Positions 20,906 through 30,857 of a DNA stretch of 64,000 bases are shown piece after piece; position 1 is the stretch's first letter, and each line of letters opens with the position of its first letter. Origin of the DNA: Desulfomicrobium sp. (lineage in GTDB: Bacteria > Desulfobacterota > Desulfovibrionia > Desulfovibrionales > Desulfomicrobiaceae); NCBI GenBank assembly GCA_040768745.1, contig JAXGMI010000001.1, positions 960,001-1,024,000 of the forward strand, given 5' to 3'. Made by a program: the position numbers and the translations under genes. Below the pieces are notes generated by a model that was not told the origin of the DNA, searched no databases, and saw only the letters and a list, made by a program, of their open reading frames with translations.

Positions 20906-22708
20906 ATGGCCAAGCAAGAACACATCAGAAATTTCAGCATCATTGCCCATATAGACCATGGCAAGTCCACCCTGGCCGACCGGATCATGGAAAAAACGGG
21001 GCTCATTTCCGATCGGCAAAAAAAAGACCAATACCTGGACCGCATGGAGCTGGAGCAGGAGCGCGGCATCACCATCAAAGCCCAAACCGTACGTATTCCG
21101 TTCCGGTCCAGGAAAGGCCGGGACTATATTCTGAATCTCATCGACACGCCTGGTCATGTGGACTTCTCCTATGAGGTGTCCCGCAGCCTGGCCGCGTGCG
21201 ACGGGGCGTTGCTGGTGGTGGATGCGTCCCAGGGCGTTGAGGCCCAGACCCTGGCCAATGTGTACATGGCTTTGGACAATGATCTGGAGGTACTGCCGGT
21301 TTTGAACAAGATCGACCTCCCCAGTGCAGAGCCCGAAAGGGTGGCCGAGGAGATCGAGGAGGTCATCGGCTTGGACTGCACGGATATTGCCACAGTTTCG
21401 GCCAAAACCGGGCTGGGTGTGGAGGAACTGCTCGAACGTTTGGTGGAGAAGGTTCCTTTCCCCAAAGGCGACACCGAAGCGCCTCTCAAGGCGCTGGTTT
21501 TCGATTCCTGGTACGACTCCTATCAGGGTGTGGTTGTGCTTTTCAGGGTGCTGGATGGGCGGGTCAGAAACGGCCAGCGCATCCAGATGTGCGCCACGGG
21601 CAAGAAGTTCGAGGTCACCCGGCTGGGCGTCTTCTCGCCCGAGGCCACAGACATCAGGGAATTGGCAGCAGGGGAAGTCGGTTTTTTGTGCGGGGCCATC
21701 AAGGAGTTGAAGGATGCCCAGGTCGGCGATACCATCACCGACCCCGATCGGCCCACGGATTCTCCGTTTCCGGGATTCAAGGCGGTCAAGCCCATGGTTT
21801 TCTGCGGCCTGTATCCGGTGGAGCCGGCGGAATACGACACCCTGAAATCCGCCCTGGAAAAGCTGCAGCTCAACGACGCGGCCCTGTACTACGAGCCAGA
21901 GACCTCGCAGGCCCTGGGCTTCGGCTTCCGGTGCGGATTCCTGGGGCTTTTGCACATGGAGGTCATCCAGGAGCGTCTGGAGCGCGAGTTTCAGGCCAGA
22001 CTCATTGCCACAGCCCCCTCGGTCATCTACCGGGTGACCCGTACCGACGGGATGACCTTTGACATTGACAACCCGAGCAACCTGCCGCCTCAGGAAAAGA
22101 TCGCATCCATTGCCGAACCGTATGTACGTATGGAAATCCATGTCCCCAACGAGTTTGTCGGCAACGTGCTGGGATTGTGCGAAGAAAAACGGGGCATCCA
22201 GAAGGACATGCGCTATCTGACTTCGACCCGCGTGGTCATCAGCTACGAATTGCCCTTTTCGGAAATCGTCTACGACTTTTTCGACCGCCTCAAGTCCGTG
22301 ACAAAGGGATTCGCCTCCCTGGATTACGAGGTCATTGACTACCGAGAGGCCGATCTGGTCAAACTGGACGTGCTTATCAACGGGGAGCCCGTGGATGCCA
22401 TGGCAGTCATCGTACATCGATCCAACGCTGCCTATCGGGGCCGGTCCCTGGCCTTGAAGCTGAAGCGGGTCATTCACCGCCAGCTTTTCGAAATCATTAT
22501 CCAGGCGGCCATCGGCAATAAGATCATCGCGCGGGAAAGGGTCTCGCCCCTGCGCAAGAACGTCACGGCCAAATGTTACGGCGGGGACATTACCAGAAAA
22601 CGCAAGCTTCTGGAAAAACAGAAGGAAGGCAAAAAGCGCATGAAGCGCATGGGCAGTGTGGAAATCCCTCAGGAGGCTTTTCTCGCCGCCCTGCAGCCTG
22701 ACGAATAG
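20906..22708 (+). CDS. lepA: Translation elongation factor 4
   Basis: [28 protein letters not shown] and [18 protein letters not shown] motifs. Confidence 0.98.
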   Translation: MAKQEHIRNFSIIAHIDHGKSTLADRIMEKTGLISDRQKKDQYLDRMELEQERGITIKAQTVRIPFRSRKGRDYILNLIDTPGHVDFSYEVSRSLAACDGALLVVDASQGVEAQTLANVYMALDNDLEVLPVLNKIDLPSAEPERVAEEIEEVIGLDCTDIATVSAKTGLGVEELLERLVEKVPFPKGDTEAPLKALVFDSWYDSYQGVVVLFRVLDGRVRNGQRIQMCATGKKFEVTRLGVFSPEATDIRELAAGEVGFLCGAIKELKDAQVGDTITDPDRPTDSPFPGFKAVKPMVFCGLYPVEPAEYDTLKSALEKLQLNDAALYYEPETSQALGFGFRCGFLGLLHMEVIQERLEREFQARLIATAPSVIYRVTRTDGMTFDIDNPSNLPPQEKIASIAEPYVRMEIHVPNEFVGNVLGLCEEKRGIQKDMRYLTSTRVVISYELPFSEIVYDFFDRLKSVTKGFASLDYEVIDYREADLVKLDVLINGEPVDAMAVIVHRSNAAYRGRSLALKLKRVIHRQLFEIIIQAAIGNKIIARERVSPLRKNVTAKCYGGDITRKRKLLEKQKEGKKRMKRMGSVEIPQEAFLAALQPDE

Positions 22709-22761
22709 CACCCAGAGCTCCCCAAAAAACCGCAAGCGCGGTCCAATACAGGTAGGTATCC

Positions 22762-23367
22762 ATGAATCCTCGTTGGCAGACAATGCTCAAGGAATACGCC
22801 GAAGCCCTCATTGTGGCGATCATTCTGGCGTTTTTTATCCGCTCTTTCGTGGTGCAGGCGTTTAAAATCCCGTCCGGCTCCATGCTGCAGACCCTGCAGA
22901 TCGGCGACCATCTGCTGGTGACCAAATTTTCCTACGGTGTGAAGATCCCCTTCACCAATGTGATGATTGTCGAACGCGATGGCCCTAGACATGGGGACAT
23001 CATTGTCTTCGAATTTCCCGAGGATCCATCCAAAGATTTCATCAAACGAGTCATCGGCGTTCCCGGGGACGTGATCGAGATCCGGGACAAGGAGGTCTTG
23101 CGCAATGGAGTGAAGCTGCAGGAGTCCTATGTCCAGCATGTGGACGCGGCCAGCACGTCAGTCCTCCGGAGAGATAATTTCGGACCTGTCATGGTGCCAG
23201 AGAACAAGTACTTCGTCATGGGCGACAACCGGGACGAGTCCTATGATTCCCGTTTCTGGGGCTTTGTGGAGCGCAGGACCATCGCTGGAAAGGCCCTCAT
23301 CCTGTACTGGTCCTGGGAACGTCTGACCAACATCCGCTGGGAACGGATCGGCCAGCTGGTGGAATAG
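22762..23367 (+). CDS. lepB: Signal peptidase I
   Basis: IPSGSM, FIKRVIG and MGDNRDESYDSRFWG motifs; follows lepA. Confidence 0.96.
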   Translation: MNPRWQTMLKEYAEALIVAIILAFFIRSFVVQAFKIPSGSMLQTLQIGDHLLVTKFSYGVKIPFTNVMIVERDGPRHGDIIVFEFPEDPSKDFIKRVIGVPGDVIEIRDKEVLRNGVKLQESYVQHVDAASTSVLRRDNFGPVMVPENKYFVMGDNRDESYDSRFWGFVERRTIAGKALILYWSWERLTNIRWERIGQLVE

Positions 23368-23369
23368 GT

Positions 23370-24905
23370 ATGATCGCCACGGTCTCCACCGCCGCACTGC
23401 TGGGAATCGACGGATTCACCATCGAGTTGGAGGTGGACCTGGCCCGTTCGGGTTTACCGGCCTTCACCATGGTCGGTCTGGCCGAAGGGGCAGTGCGCGA
23501 GGCCAAGGAGCGTGTGTTTTCAGCCCTGAAGAATTCAGGCTTCAAGCTTCCTCCATCCCGCATCACCGTGAACATCGCCCCTGCTGACATCCGCAAGGAA
23601 GGGTCAGGCTACGATCTGCCCCTGGCCCTGGGTCTCTTGGCTGGGGCAGAGGTCATCCCCCAGGAACGTCTCCTTGGCCTTTACCTCGTTGGCGAACTGT
23701 CCCTGTCCGGGGAGCTGAAGCCCGTGCCCGGGGTTTTGCCTCTGGCCCTGCGGGCCAAGGAAGCCGGGGCCCGAGGTATCGTTGTGCCCGCAGCCAACGG
23801 CCGGGAAGCAGCCGTGGTCAAGGGGCTCCCGGTGTTCGCCTGCGAGACGCTTTCGCAGGTGGTGCGGTTTGTTCTGGACGAAACAGATCTGCTCCCCATG
23901 ACCTGCGATGTGAACACATTGTGGGGCGGACACCAAATCTTTTGGCGGGATTTTTCCGAGGTCAAGGGCCAGGAGCGGGCCAAGCGGGCCATTGAGATCG
24001 CCTGCGCAGGGGCGCACAACCTCCTTTTCATCGGTCCCCCGGGCAGTGGCAAGACCATGCTTTCCAGCCGCATTCCCACGGTTCTGCCACCCCTGACTTT
24101 TGACGAGGCCCTGGAGGTGACCAAGATCTATTCCGTGGCCGGAAAGCTTCCGTCAGACCAACCCCTGGTGGTCAATCGACCGTTCCGATCTCCCCATCAT
24201 ACCATTTCCGATGCCGGTCTCATCGGCGGGGGCCAGTATCCGCGCCCGGGAGAGCTGTCCCTGGCTCACCGGGGAGTTCTTTTTCTGGACGAACTGCCGG
24301 AGTTCAAGAAGCATGTCCTTGAGGTGCTACGCCAGCCATTGGAAGAAGGGCGGGTGACCATTTCCCGGGCTGCCGTATCGCTGGAGTACCCCGGTGACGT
24401 CATGCTGGTAGCGGCCATGAATCCTTGCCCGTGCGGGTATCTCGGCGACGACAAGCACCACTGCTCCTGCACGCCCATCCAGATCCAGCGCTATCGCTCC
24501 CGGCTTTCAGGCCCTCTCCTGGACCGCATCGACCTGCACGTGGAGGTCCCGGCCGTGCCCTACCGCGATTTGAAGCAGGAAAGCGGGGCCATCAGCTCCG
24601 CAGCCATGCAGGAGCGGATCAACAGGGCCAGGGAGGTGCAGCTGGCGCGGTATGAGGGCCTGCACTTTTCCTCCAACTCGGAGCTTTCGGGCAAATGGCT
24701 GGAACGCTTCTGTCCGTTGACGGAGTCAGAACACGCCTTTCTGGAGGGCGCAGTGCAGCGTCTAGGGATGTCGGCGCGTGCCTTCACCCGGGTGCTGCGC
24801 ATCTCCCGCACCATCGCCGACCTGGCCGGGGACAGCGACCTCACGGTCAGGCATCTGGCTGAAGCCATCAACTATCGCGGTCTGGATCGGCAGAGCCAAG
24901 AATAG
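23370..24905 (+). CDS. comM: YifB/ComM family Mg-chelatase-like AAA+ ATPase
   Basis: KEGSGYDLP, GPPGSGKT, RPFRSPHH and AMNPCPCG motifs. Confidence 0.9.
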   Translation: MIATVSTAALLGIDGFTIELEVDLARSGLPAFTMVGLAEGAVREAKERVFSALKNSGFKLPPSRITVNIAPADIRKEGSGYDLPLALGLLAGAEVIPQERLLGLYLVGELSLSGELKPVPGVLPLALRAKEAGARGIVVPAANGREAAVVKGLPVFACETLSQVVRFVLDETDLLPMTCDVNTLWGGHQIFWRDFSEVKGQERAKRAIEIACAGAHNLLFIGPPGSGKTMLSSRIPTVLPPLTFDEALEVTKIYSVAGKLPSDQPLVVNRPFRSPHHTISDAGLIGGGQYPRPGELSLAHRGVLFLDELPEFKKHVLEVLRQPLEEGRVTISRAAVSLEYPGDVMLVAAMNPCPCGYLGDDKHHCSCTPIQIQRYRSRLSGPLLDRIDLHVEVPAVPYRDLKQESGAISSAAMQERINRAREVQLARYEGLHFSSNSELSGKWLERFCPLTESEHAFLEGAVQRLGMSARAFTRVLRISRTIADLAGDSDLTVRHLAEAINYRGLDRQSQE

Positions 24906-24968
24906 CAGGGTTGTCATGGCTTGGGCCAATGGCGTAAGCAAGGATTACGCAACAATAAGGAGTGAGCC

Positions 24969-26303
24969 ATGACGTCTATTTTTGGTGATCGGGCCTATAG
25001 AGGAGTGCTGACCCGTCGGGATTTCATTACGTTGGCAGCCCTGGCCGCCGTATCCACTGTTGCTGGGTGTGCCGCCAATCCCGTCACCGGCCAGAGCCAG
25101 CTCATGCTCATGAGCGAAGGAGAGGAAATTCAGGTCGACAAGGTCAATGCCCCTCACCAGTTTTCGGCAGATTATGGTGTGACCCAGGATGCAGGTCTGA
25201 ACGCGTATGTCAGGGGGGTGGGCATGGCCCTGGCCAGAAGTTCGCACCGCGCACATATGCCCTACCAGTTCAATGTGGTGAATGCGACGTATGTCAACGC
25301 CTACGCCTTTCCTGGCGGGAGCATCGCCATCACTCGCGGCATCCTGGCCGAGTTGGATAACGAAGCCGAACTGGCCGGGCTCATCGGCCACGAACTGGGA
25401 CACGTCAACGCCCGGCACACGGCTGCGAGTATGTCAAAAAGCAAGATCCTCGGCACTGTTGTCGGGGGTGTCTCGCTCATTGCTGGAGCGGCCAGCCAGG
25501 GTCTGGGCAATCTGGCCGGCACAGTAGGCGGCCTTGGGGCCAGCCTTTTCCTGGCCAAGTACAGCCGCGAGGATGAGCGCCAGGCTGACGAGCTGGGCAT
25601 GGAGTACATGGTCAGCGCAGGATATTCCTCCCAGGGTATGGTCGGACTTATGGATGTGCTGCGGTCCATGAGCAAAAGCCAGCCCAGCGCCATCGAAGCC
25701 ATGTTCTCTTCGCATCCCATGAGTGCCGAACGCTACGAAACAGCAGTGCAACGTTCCCGCCAGCAGTATCCTGACAAGCAGAAGCTGCCGCTCAACGCTG
25801 AACGCTACAAGGACTCCACGGCCTCTTTGCGCAGACTCAAGCCCATGTTCACGCTTTTTCAGGAAGGGGACAAAGCCATGGCGGCAAAGGAATACGCCTC
25901 CGCCCAGAATCGGTACGCGGAGGGGTTGCAGCATGCCCCCAACGACTACGCCGGTCTGCTCATGATGGCCAAATGCCTCGTGGCCCAGAAAAAGGGCAAC
26001 CAGGCTGCGGAGTATGCGGCCAGGGCAAGAAAGGCCTACCCGACAGAGGCCCAGGCCATGCATATTCACGGCGTGGCATCCATCATGAACAAGGATTATT
26101 CTGCGGCCCTGGTGGACTTCAGCGCCTACGAACGGGCCTTGCCGGGGAATCCGACCACGGTGTTCATGAAGGGTTTTTCTTACGAGGGCATGCAAAACAA
26201 ACAGAACGCGGCCCAGGAATACCAGCGCTACCTGAAGGCCGTGAACCAGGGTGAAATGGCCCAGCACGCCTATTCCAGACTCAAAACCTGGGGATATCTG
26301 TGA
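24969..26303 (+). CDS. M48 metallopeptidase lipoprotein with TPR C-terminus
   Basis: TRRDF...VAGC signal, NAYAFPGG, HELGH, YSREDERQAD and SHP motifs. Confidence 0.9.
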   Translation: MTSIFGDRAYRGVLTRRDFITLAALAAVSTVAGCAANPVTGQSQLMLMSEGEEIQVDKVNAPHQFSADYGVTQDAGLNAYVRGVGMALARSSHRAHMPYQFNVVNATYVNAYAFPGGSIAITRGILAELDNEAELAGLIGHELGHVNARHTAASMSKSKILGTVVGGVSLIAGAASQGLGNLAGTVGGLGASLFLAKYSREDERQADELGMEYMVSAGYSSQGMVGLMDVLRSMSKSQPSAIEAMFSSHPMSAERYETAVQRSRQQYPDKQKLPLNAERYKDSTASLRRLKPMFTLFQEGDKAMAAKEYASAQNRYAEGLQHAPNDYAGLLMMAKCLVAQKKGNQAAEYAARARKAYPTEAQAMHIHGVASIMNKDYSAALVDFSAYERALPGNPTTVFMKGFSYEGMQNKQNAAQEYQRYLKAVNQGEMAQHAYSRLKTWGYL

Positions 26304-26326
26304 TACTGGCGGGACACACAGTTCAG

Positions 26327-26356
26327 AGAGGCCATTCGGGAACGGGTGGCCTTTTT
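26327..26356 (+). terminator. Rho-independent terminator
   Basis: AGGCCATTCG...CGGGTGGCCT stem followed by a T tract. Confidence 0.7.
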
Positions 26357-26369
26357 GTTTGAGGGGTAA

Positions 26370-28721
26370 ATGAAAATAAAGATTCTTGTCATGGTTGCGC
26401 TATGCGCAGGCATTTTGTTCGGTAACCATGGATTGGCCCAGGAAGACCGGCCAGTTTCAGAGAGCGTCTCGGTCCTGTCCTCTTTTTTCCAGACCAAGGC
26501 CAAGGAAGTGGGCGATCTGCAGAGGGAAGCGGATGCGCTGCAAGAGCGGTTGAAGAGCCAGGAAGCGGGATTCAAGGCCGTCATGGATACGGCTCGCGAT
26601 CGCCTGCAGACTCTCGACGTAATGGCGCGCATGGTCAAGACAAACCCTTACGACATGCGTGTGGCCCTGGCAGAAGCCACATATCTCCACCTGAGCCTGA
26701 CCAAGGATTCCGAGCCCCTGATGGCTCTGGTCAAGGAGGTCGGGGCCATGGGGGTCACCGTCGGCTCCCTGCAGGAAGACTTGGAGCGCAAGTGGGCCGC
26801 CGGGCAGGACAGGATCGTGCGGGAGGACGTGCAGCTCATTCGCAAGGATGTCACAGAAGTTGCCAAGAAAATTAAGGAGTTGCAGGTCAGCGTGGAAAAG
26901 CTGCAGGCCCAGACGACCGAAATCCAGACCCGCACCGCTGAGTGGATCACCGCCTTCCAGACTCAGCTTCCCTTGATCTGGAAGGCGGAGTTTCTGGATG
27001 CAAAGGAGTTTCGGCTGTTGCCCACCAGAGGGGACGACATCAGCAAGGACCTCGTGGACTGGTTGACGAATCTGAAAGCGCTTTTTTCCAGCCAGTACGC
27101 TTCGGCCACCCAGGAGCACGGGGATTGGATCGGGATGCTTGTCCTTTTCTGGCTCCCTTTCGTGTTCGTCGGTTTTGCCGCCTATCGCTTTCTGAAAGGG
27201 GTTTTTGAAAACGCACATGCTGGCGGACGACTGGCCTCTGCTTTTGGCATCCTCTGGCTGTCCCTGGCCTTGTCCCTGCTCGCCGCCTTTCTGGCCGGTC
27301 TGGTAAAACAGACCTCCCTGCTGCTGGTCGCCACGCACGTGCTCATGCTGATGGGGGTGCAGGCACTGGCCTGGGTTTTCCGCAACGTGCGGGGAACTCT
27401 GCAGAAAAAAAGCCTGCAACCCTTACTGCCATTGGTTTTCCTGTCCACCAGCGTGTCCGTTCTGGACCTCCTGCGCCTGCCCCACTGGCTGGAGCATCTT
27501 TCCTGGGTGGGTCTGGTGGTGTTGAGCAGCCTTTTTTTCGGCATGATCCAGCCAAAGTTGCGGTACGAGCGCCTCATCCGCCGGGCGCACCCATACGTTA
27601 TGGCGATTCTGGTGGCCGTGGCAGTCCTTGGCTGGGGCAATCTGGCCATTCTGGCCAGCACTCTGTGGGGCGTTGTGGCTCTGGCGCTGCAACTCGGCAT
27701 TGGGGCGACGAGCGTGGTAAGGGTCTTGTTCGAAAAGCTGGACAAGACCGGCTTCAAGGCCCTGGTGGCTGACCTGGCCGTGACGTTCCTGACGCTCCTG
27801 GTTTGGCTTGTGGTGCTGCTTGGGATCATGGCTTGGATTTCCATCAATCTCGGCACCAACGTCGTTTACGAAAAGCTTTCGACCATGGAACTGAACTGGG
27901 GTGATTTTTCCTTCAATTTCCTGCGGCTGGGCGTCGTCATTCTGCTGTTTCAGGTTGTGCGCTCCCTGGCCATGGCCTGGAAGACGGTCCTGGACAGCGA
28001 GCACCTGCGCTGGAAGAATATCGACCACGGTGCGGCGGCTTCCCTGCAGCGTATCGGTATCTACTGCCTGTGGCTGCTGTATGCACTTGTCAGCCTGAAT
28101 TTACTGGGCATCAGTCTGACCAGCTTCGCGGTCATCGCCGGGGGCCTTTCCGTTGGCATCGGCTTCGGCATGCAGACCATTATCAGCAATTTCATCAGCG
28201 GCCTCATCCTTCTCTTCGACCGCGCCATCCAGCCCGGCGATGTCATCGAGGTGAACGGGGTCTGGGCCAAGGTCATGAGCGTCAACATCCGCAATACCGA
28301 GGTGCAGACATTCGAAAATGCCAAGATATTCCTGCCCAATTCGACCCTTATCGCCAACCAAGTCACCAACTGGACGCACCGCAACGATGTGCGCATCCGT
28401 CGCGACGTGGCCGTGGGCGTGGCCTATGGTTCGGATGTGCAGCTGGTCAAGCAGCTCCTGCTGGAGGCAGTCACTGAACATCCTGCTGTGCTCTCCGCGC
28501 CTGCGCCCTGGGTCATTTTCAGTAATTTTGGGGTGAACTCTCTGGATTTTATCGCCCGCTTCTGGGTCCGGCACGTGGATCTGTCCGCATCTGCCCCTTC
28601 TGAAATCCGGGAGGCCATCGATGCCAAGTTCCGGGAGAACGGCATTGAAATCCCGTTTCCACAGATGGATCTCCACGTCCGATCCGGGGAGGGGTTCGTT
28701 CGGATAAAGCGGGAGGACTGA
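26370..28721 (+). CDS. Large MscS-family mechanosensitive channel (MscK-like)
   Basis: Signal peptide, coiled coil, many TM segments, GGLSVGIGFGMQ...NFISG, VGVAYGSD and IEIPFPQ motifs. Confidence 0.92.
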   Translation: MKIKILVMVALCAGILFGNHGLAQEDRPVSESVSVLSSFFQTKAKEVGDLQREADALQERLKSQEAGFKAVMDTARDRLQTLDVMARMVKTNPYDMRVALAEATYLHLSLTKDSEPLMALVKEVGAMGVTVGSLQEDLERKWAAGQDRIVREDVQLIRKDVTEVAKKIKELQVSVEKLQAQTTEIQTRTAEWITAFQTQLPLIWKAEFLDAKEFRLLPTRGDDISKDLVDWLTNLKALFSSQYASATQEHGDWIGMLVLFWLPFVFVGFAAYRFLKGVFENAHAGGRLASAFGILWLSLALSLLAAFLAGLVKQTSLLLVATHVLMLMGVQALAWVFRNVRGTLQKKSLQPLLPLVFLSTSVSVLDLLRLPHWLEHLSWVGLVVLSSLFFGMIQPKLRYERLIRRAHPYVMAILVAVAVLGWGNLAILASTLWGVVALALQLGIGATSVVRVLFEKLDKTGFKALVADLAVTFLTLLVWLVVLLGIMAWISINLGTNVVYEKLSTMELNWGDFSFNFLRLGVVILLFQVVRSLAMAWKTVLDSEHLRWKNIDHGAAASLQRIGIYCLWLLYALVSLNLLGISLTSFAVIAGGLSVGIGFGMQTIISNFISGLILLFDRAIQPGDVIEVNGVWAKVMSVNIRNTEVQTFENAKIFLPNSTLIANQVTNWTHRNDVRIRRDVAVGVAYGSDVQLVKQLLLEAVTEHPAVLSAPAPWVIFSNFGVNSLDFIARFWVRHVDLSASAPSEIREAIDAKFRENGIEIPFPQMDLHVRSGEGFVRIKRED

Positions 28722-28735
28722 TCGTATTTTATGGA

Positions 28736-28772
28736 AAAGAAGGCCATCCCAGAACGGGATGACCTTTCTTTA
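28736..28772. terminator. Bidirectional terminator between convergent genes
   Basis: A-rich 5' flank, GGCCATCCC/GGGATGACC stem, T-rich 3' flank. Confidence 0.65.
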
Positions 28773-29411
28773 TTCCTGGCGTGGGGGTTGATGGGGCATA
28801 TGTTCCTTGCTGCGGAACAGGTTGAAGATAAAACGGAAGACCTTTTTCACGCCACTCCAGATTTTGGGCAAAAGCCAAATCATGAGGGCAATGAAGCACA
28901 CGAAGAGGGCCAGGAAAAGGAAGGGATGGTTCAGAGCCATCCACAGTCCGCCCACGACCATGACGTCCTCGCTCACCGAGGCGGCCCAGTTGCTGAAGGG
29001 CTCGGGGGAGGCGTTGATGACGATCCGGGTTCCTGATTTGGCTGCGTGGGAAACAGCAGCCACACCCCCGCCAACCAGGGCCGCAGCCAGGGATAGCGAC
29101 GGATCCACGGCACCAGCCGCTCCTGCCGCCAGCACCGCTCCTGCCGGGATGCGCACAAAGGTGTGCAGGGTATCCCAGCCCGTGTCCACCCCAGGGATTT
29201 TGTCGGCCACGAATTGAACAACATACATGAAGCCAGCGGCCAGCAGTACGGCCGGGTGGGCCAGGATCTGCAGATCCGGAGGAAGTTGTACGCCCCCGCT
29301 CATGCCCATGATGCCGAGCATGAGCACCGCTGCGTAGAGATTGATGCCGCTGGCCCAGGCCGTGCCCATGGTCAGGGCGATGATGGTGGCGACATGCGAG
29401 AGTTGGTCCAT
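28770..29411 (-). CDS. DUF4126-family membrane protein
   Basis: WASGINLYA, ADKIPGVD...WD and SPEPFSNWAASVSED motifs; GGAGG RBS. Confidence 0.85.
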   Translation of the reverse strand: MDQLSHVATIIALTMGTAWASGINLYAAVLMLGIMGMSGGVQLPPDLQILAHPAVLLAAGFMYVVQFVADKIPGVDTGWDTLHTFVRIPAGAVLAAGAAGAVDPSLSLAAALVGGGVAAVSHAAKSGTRIVINASPEPFSNWAASVSEDVMVVGGLWMALNHPFLFLALFVCFIALMIWLLPKIWSGVKKVFRFIFNLFRSKEHMPHQPPRQE

Positions 29412-29946
29412 ATTCACCTCCTGCTTGTTTCTCGGTGCTGTTCTTTTTTTTGTTCGTCAATCCCCAGTTTATAAAACCGTCAAGACAAACACCTGAATTC
29501 ATTTTTTGAACAGGCAATGAACAGAATTATCAGCCGCAGGGAAAATGGTTGATGTGTTCGCAAAAGTATTATTGCAATGTTCGGATTGATATTAATATTC
29601 TGAAATAATAGAATAAAATATCAACTAGTGGGTGTCAGTAACTTTTATTGGGCAAAGCCAGCCGGATTATCGGCCCATTTAGGAACACACCAGCCGAGGC
29701 AGAGTTTTCGGGGATTACGAACATCAGCATCTGCGAAAATGTAACCTTGTGTTGGCGGGGGGGCGGGCCATTGAGCGGGCTCCAACGATCGCCGGCGCGG
29801 GTTGAGAAGAACAGGGACTGAGACTGTCGGAGTCTTGCTTGCAGGCGGGAAGACGTGCCGCAGTGTGCATGCCGAGAAGGGGGTCTGTTAAGTTCCTTCC
29901 ATGGATATTATATTGAATTAAAGGGATTAGTTGTGAACAGCACGAC

Positions 29947-30405
29947 TTATGAAGCCCATGTGAAGGTAAAAAGGCATGCGGGCGCCCCCTGCATGATGGT
30001 CCTGGAGCGGTACATGGACAGGTTTGGGCTGTAGCCCTGGGCAAAGGGTTCATCCCGGGAACAGGACAGGATGGACCCAAGTTCCGGTGCCAGGCCCATG
30101 TCAGCATAGGATTGGGCATAGCCGCAGGCCGTCACGGCGAAATGCAGGGCCGTCTCAGTCAGGCGGATGTCTTTTATATTCAGCGCACCTCCGTCCTGCC
30201 AGCGGTCCAGGACCGTGGCAAAATGGTGCAGGCTCGCTCGGCCCGGGGCCGTGCGGGCAAACGTTTCCCCCGCACATCGGGCGTCGGCTGCGATGGCTGC
30301 GACCAGGATCGCACTGGCCCGCTCAGTGCCGACCTCCTGTCTCAAGGATTCCCAGATGCGGGCGACAAGTCCGGCCTGGGCGATACGAATGGCAAGCATG
30401 TGCAT
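29947..30405 (-). CDS. L-2-amino-thiazoline-4-carboxylic acid hydrolase-like family protein
   Basis: FAVTACGYA, LSCSRDEPFA and RSRTIMQGAPAC motifs. Confidence 0.8.
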   Translation of the reverse strand: MHMLAIRIAQAGLVARIWESLRQEVGTERASAILVAAIAADARCAGETFARTAPGRASLHHFATVLDRWQDGGALNIKDIRLTETALHFAVTACGYAQSYADMGLAPELGSILSCSRDEPFAQGYSPNLSMYRSRTIMQGAPACLFTFTWAS

Positions 30406-30449
30406 GGGGTCTCTTTGCTTTCAGATTGGAGTGGGATAATTGATACGCC

Positions 30450-30857
30450 ATGTTTCAGGGCCACTTGTTCATCAGCTGCCGGCGGCTGGAATGTCCCGGC
30501 CATGATCCTTTTCTGGTTGACGAGAGCAGGGCCGACTTGGAGTCATCCGGCCAGAGAATGCTGCTCTGTCGGGCCTGCGGCCAGCCCATCGCCAGCCCCA
30601 GGGACCGGATCGAGGTGGGCGGTAGACACATCCATGCCCTCTTCAACCCTATGGGCATTCTTTTCGAGGTCGGTTGCTTTGCCCAAGCCGGGGGGTGCGG
30701 CTTCGGTGGGGATTCCACCCTCGCCTTCACTTGGTTTGCGGGATATGCATGGCGTTTTGCCTTCTGCCGCCAGTGCTCCGTCCAACTTGGCTGGGAATAT
30801 CAAAGCCGGTCGGACAGGTTTGTGGGTCTCATCATGACCGAACTGCGTGAGTCATGA
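30450..30857 (+). CDS. Cereblon (CULT/thalidomide-binding domain) family protein
   Basis: CRAC and CRQC Zn ligands, FNPMG, FTWFAGYAW and LGWEY aromatic-cage motifs. Confidence 0.88.
   Translation: MFQGHLFISCRRLECPGHDPFLVDESRADLESSGQRMLLCRACGQPIASPRDRIEVGGRHIHALFNPMGILFEVGCFAQAGGCGFGGDSTLAFTWFAGYAWRFAFCRQCSVQLGWEYQSRSDRFVGLIMTELRES

Noticed and set aside
29645..29710. Possible c-di-GMP-I riboswitch (GGGCAAAGCC...)
   Set aside because: Lacks the P1/P2 arrangement with the GAAA tetraloop and second GCAAA motif
29891..29918. dif-like 28-mer AGTTCCTTCCA-TGGATA-TTATATTGAAT
   Set aside because: The XerD arm is close to consensus but the XerC arm lacks the inner ATAA; gyrA nearby and the + strand gene bias suggest an origin-proximal region rather than the terminus
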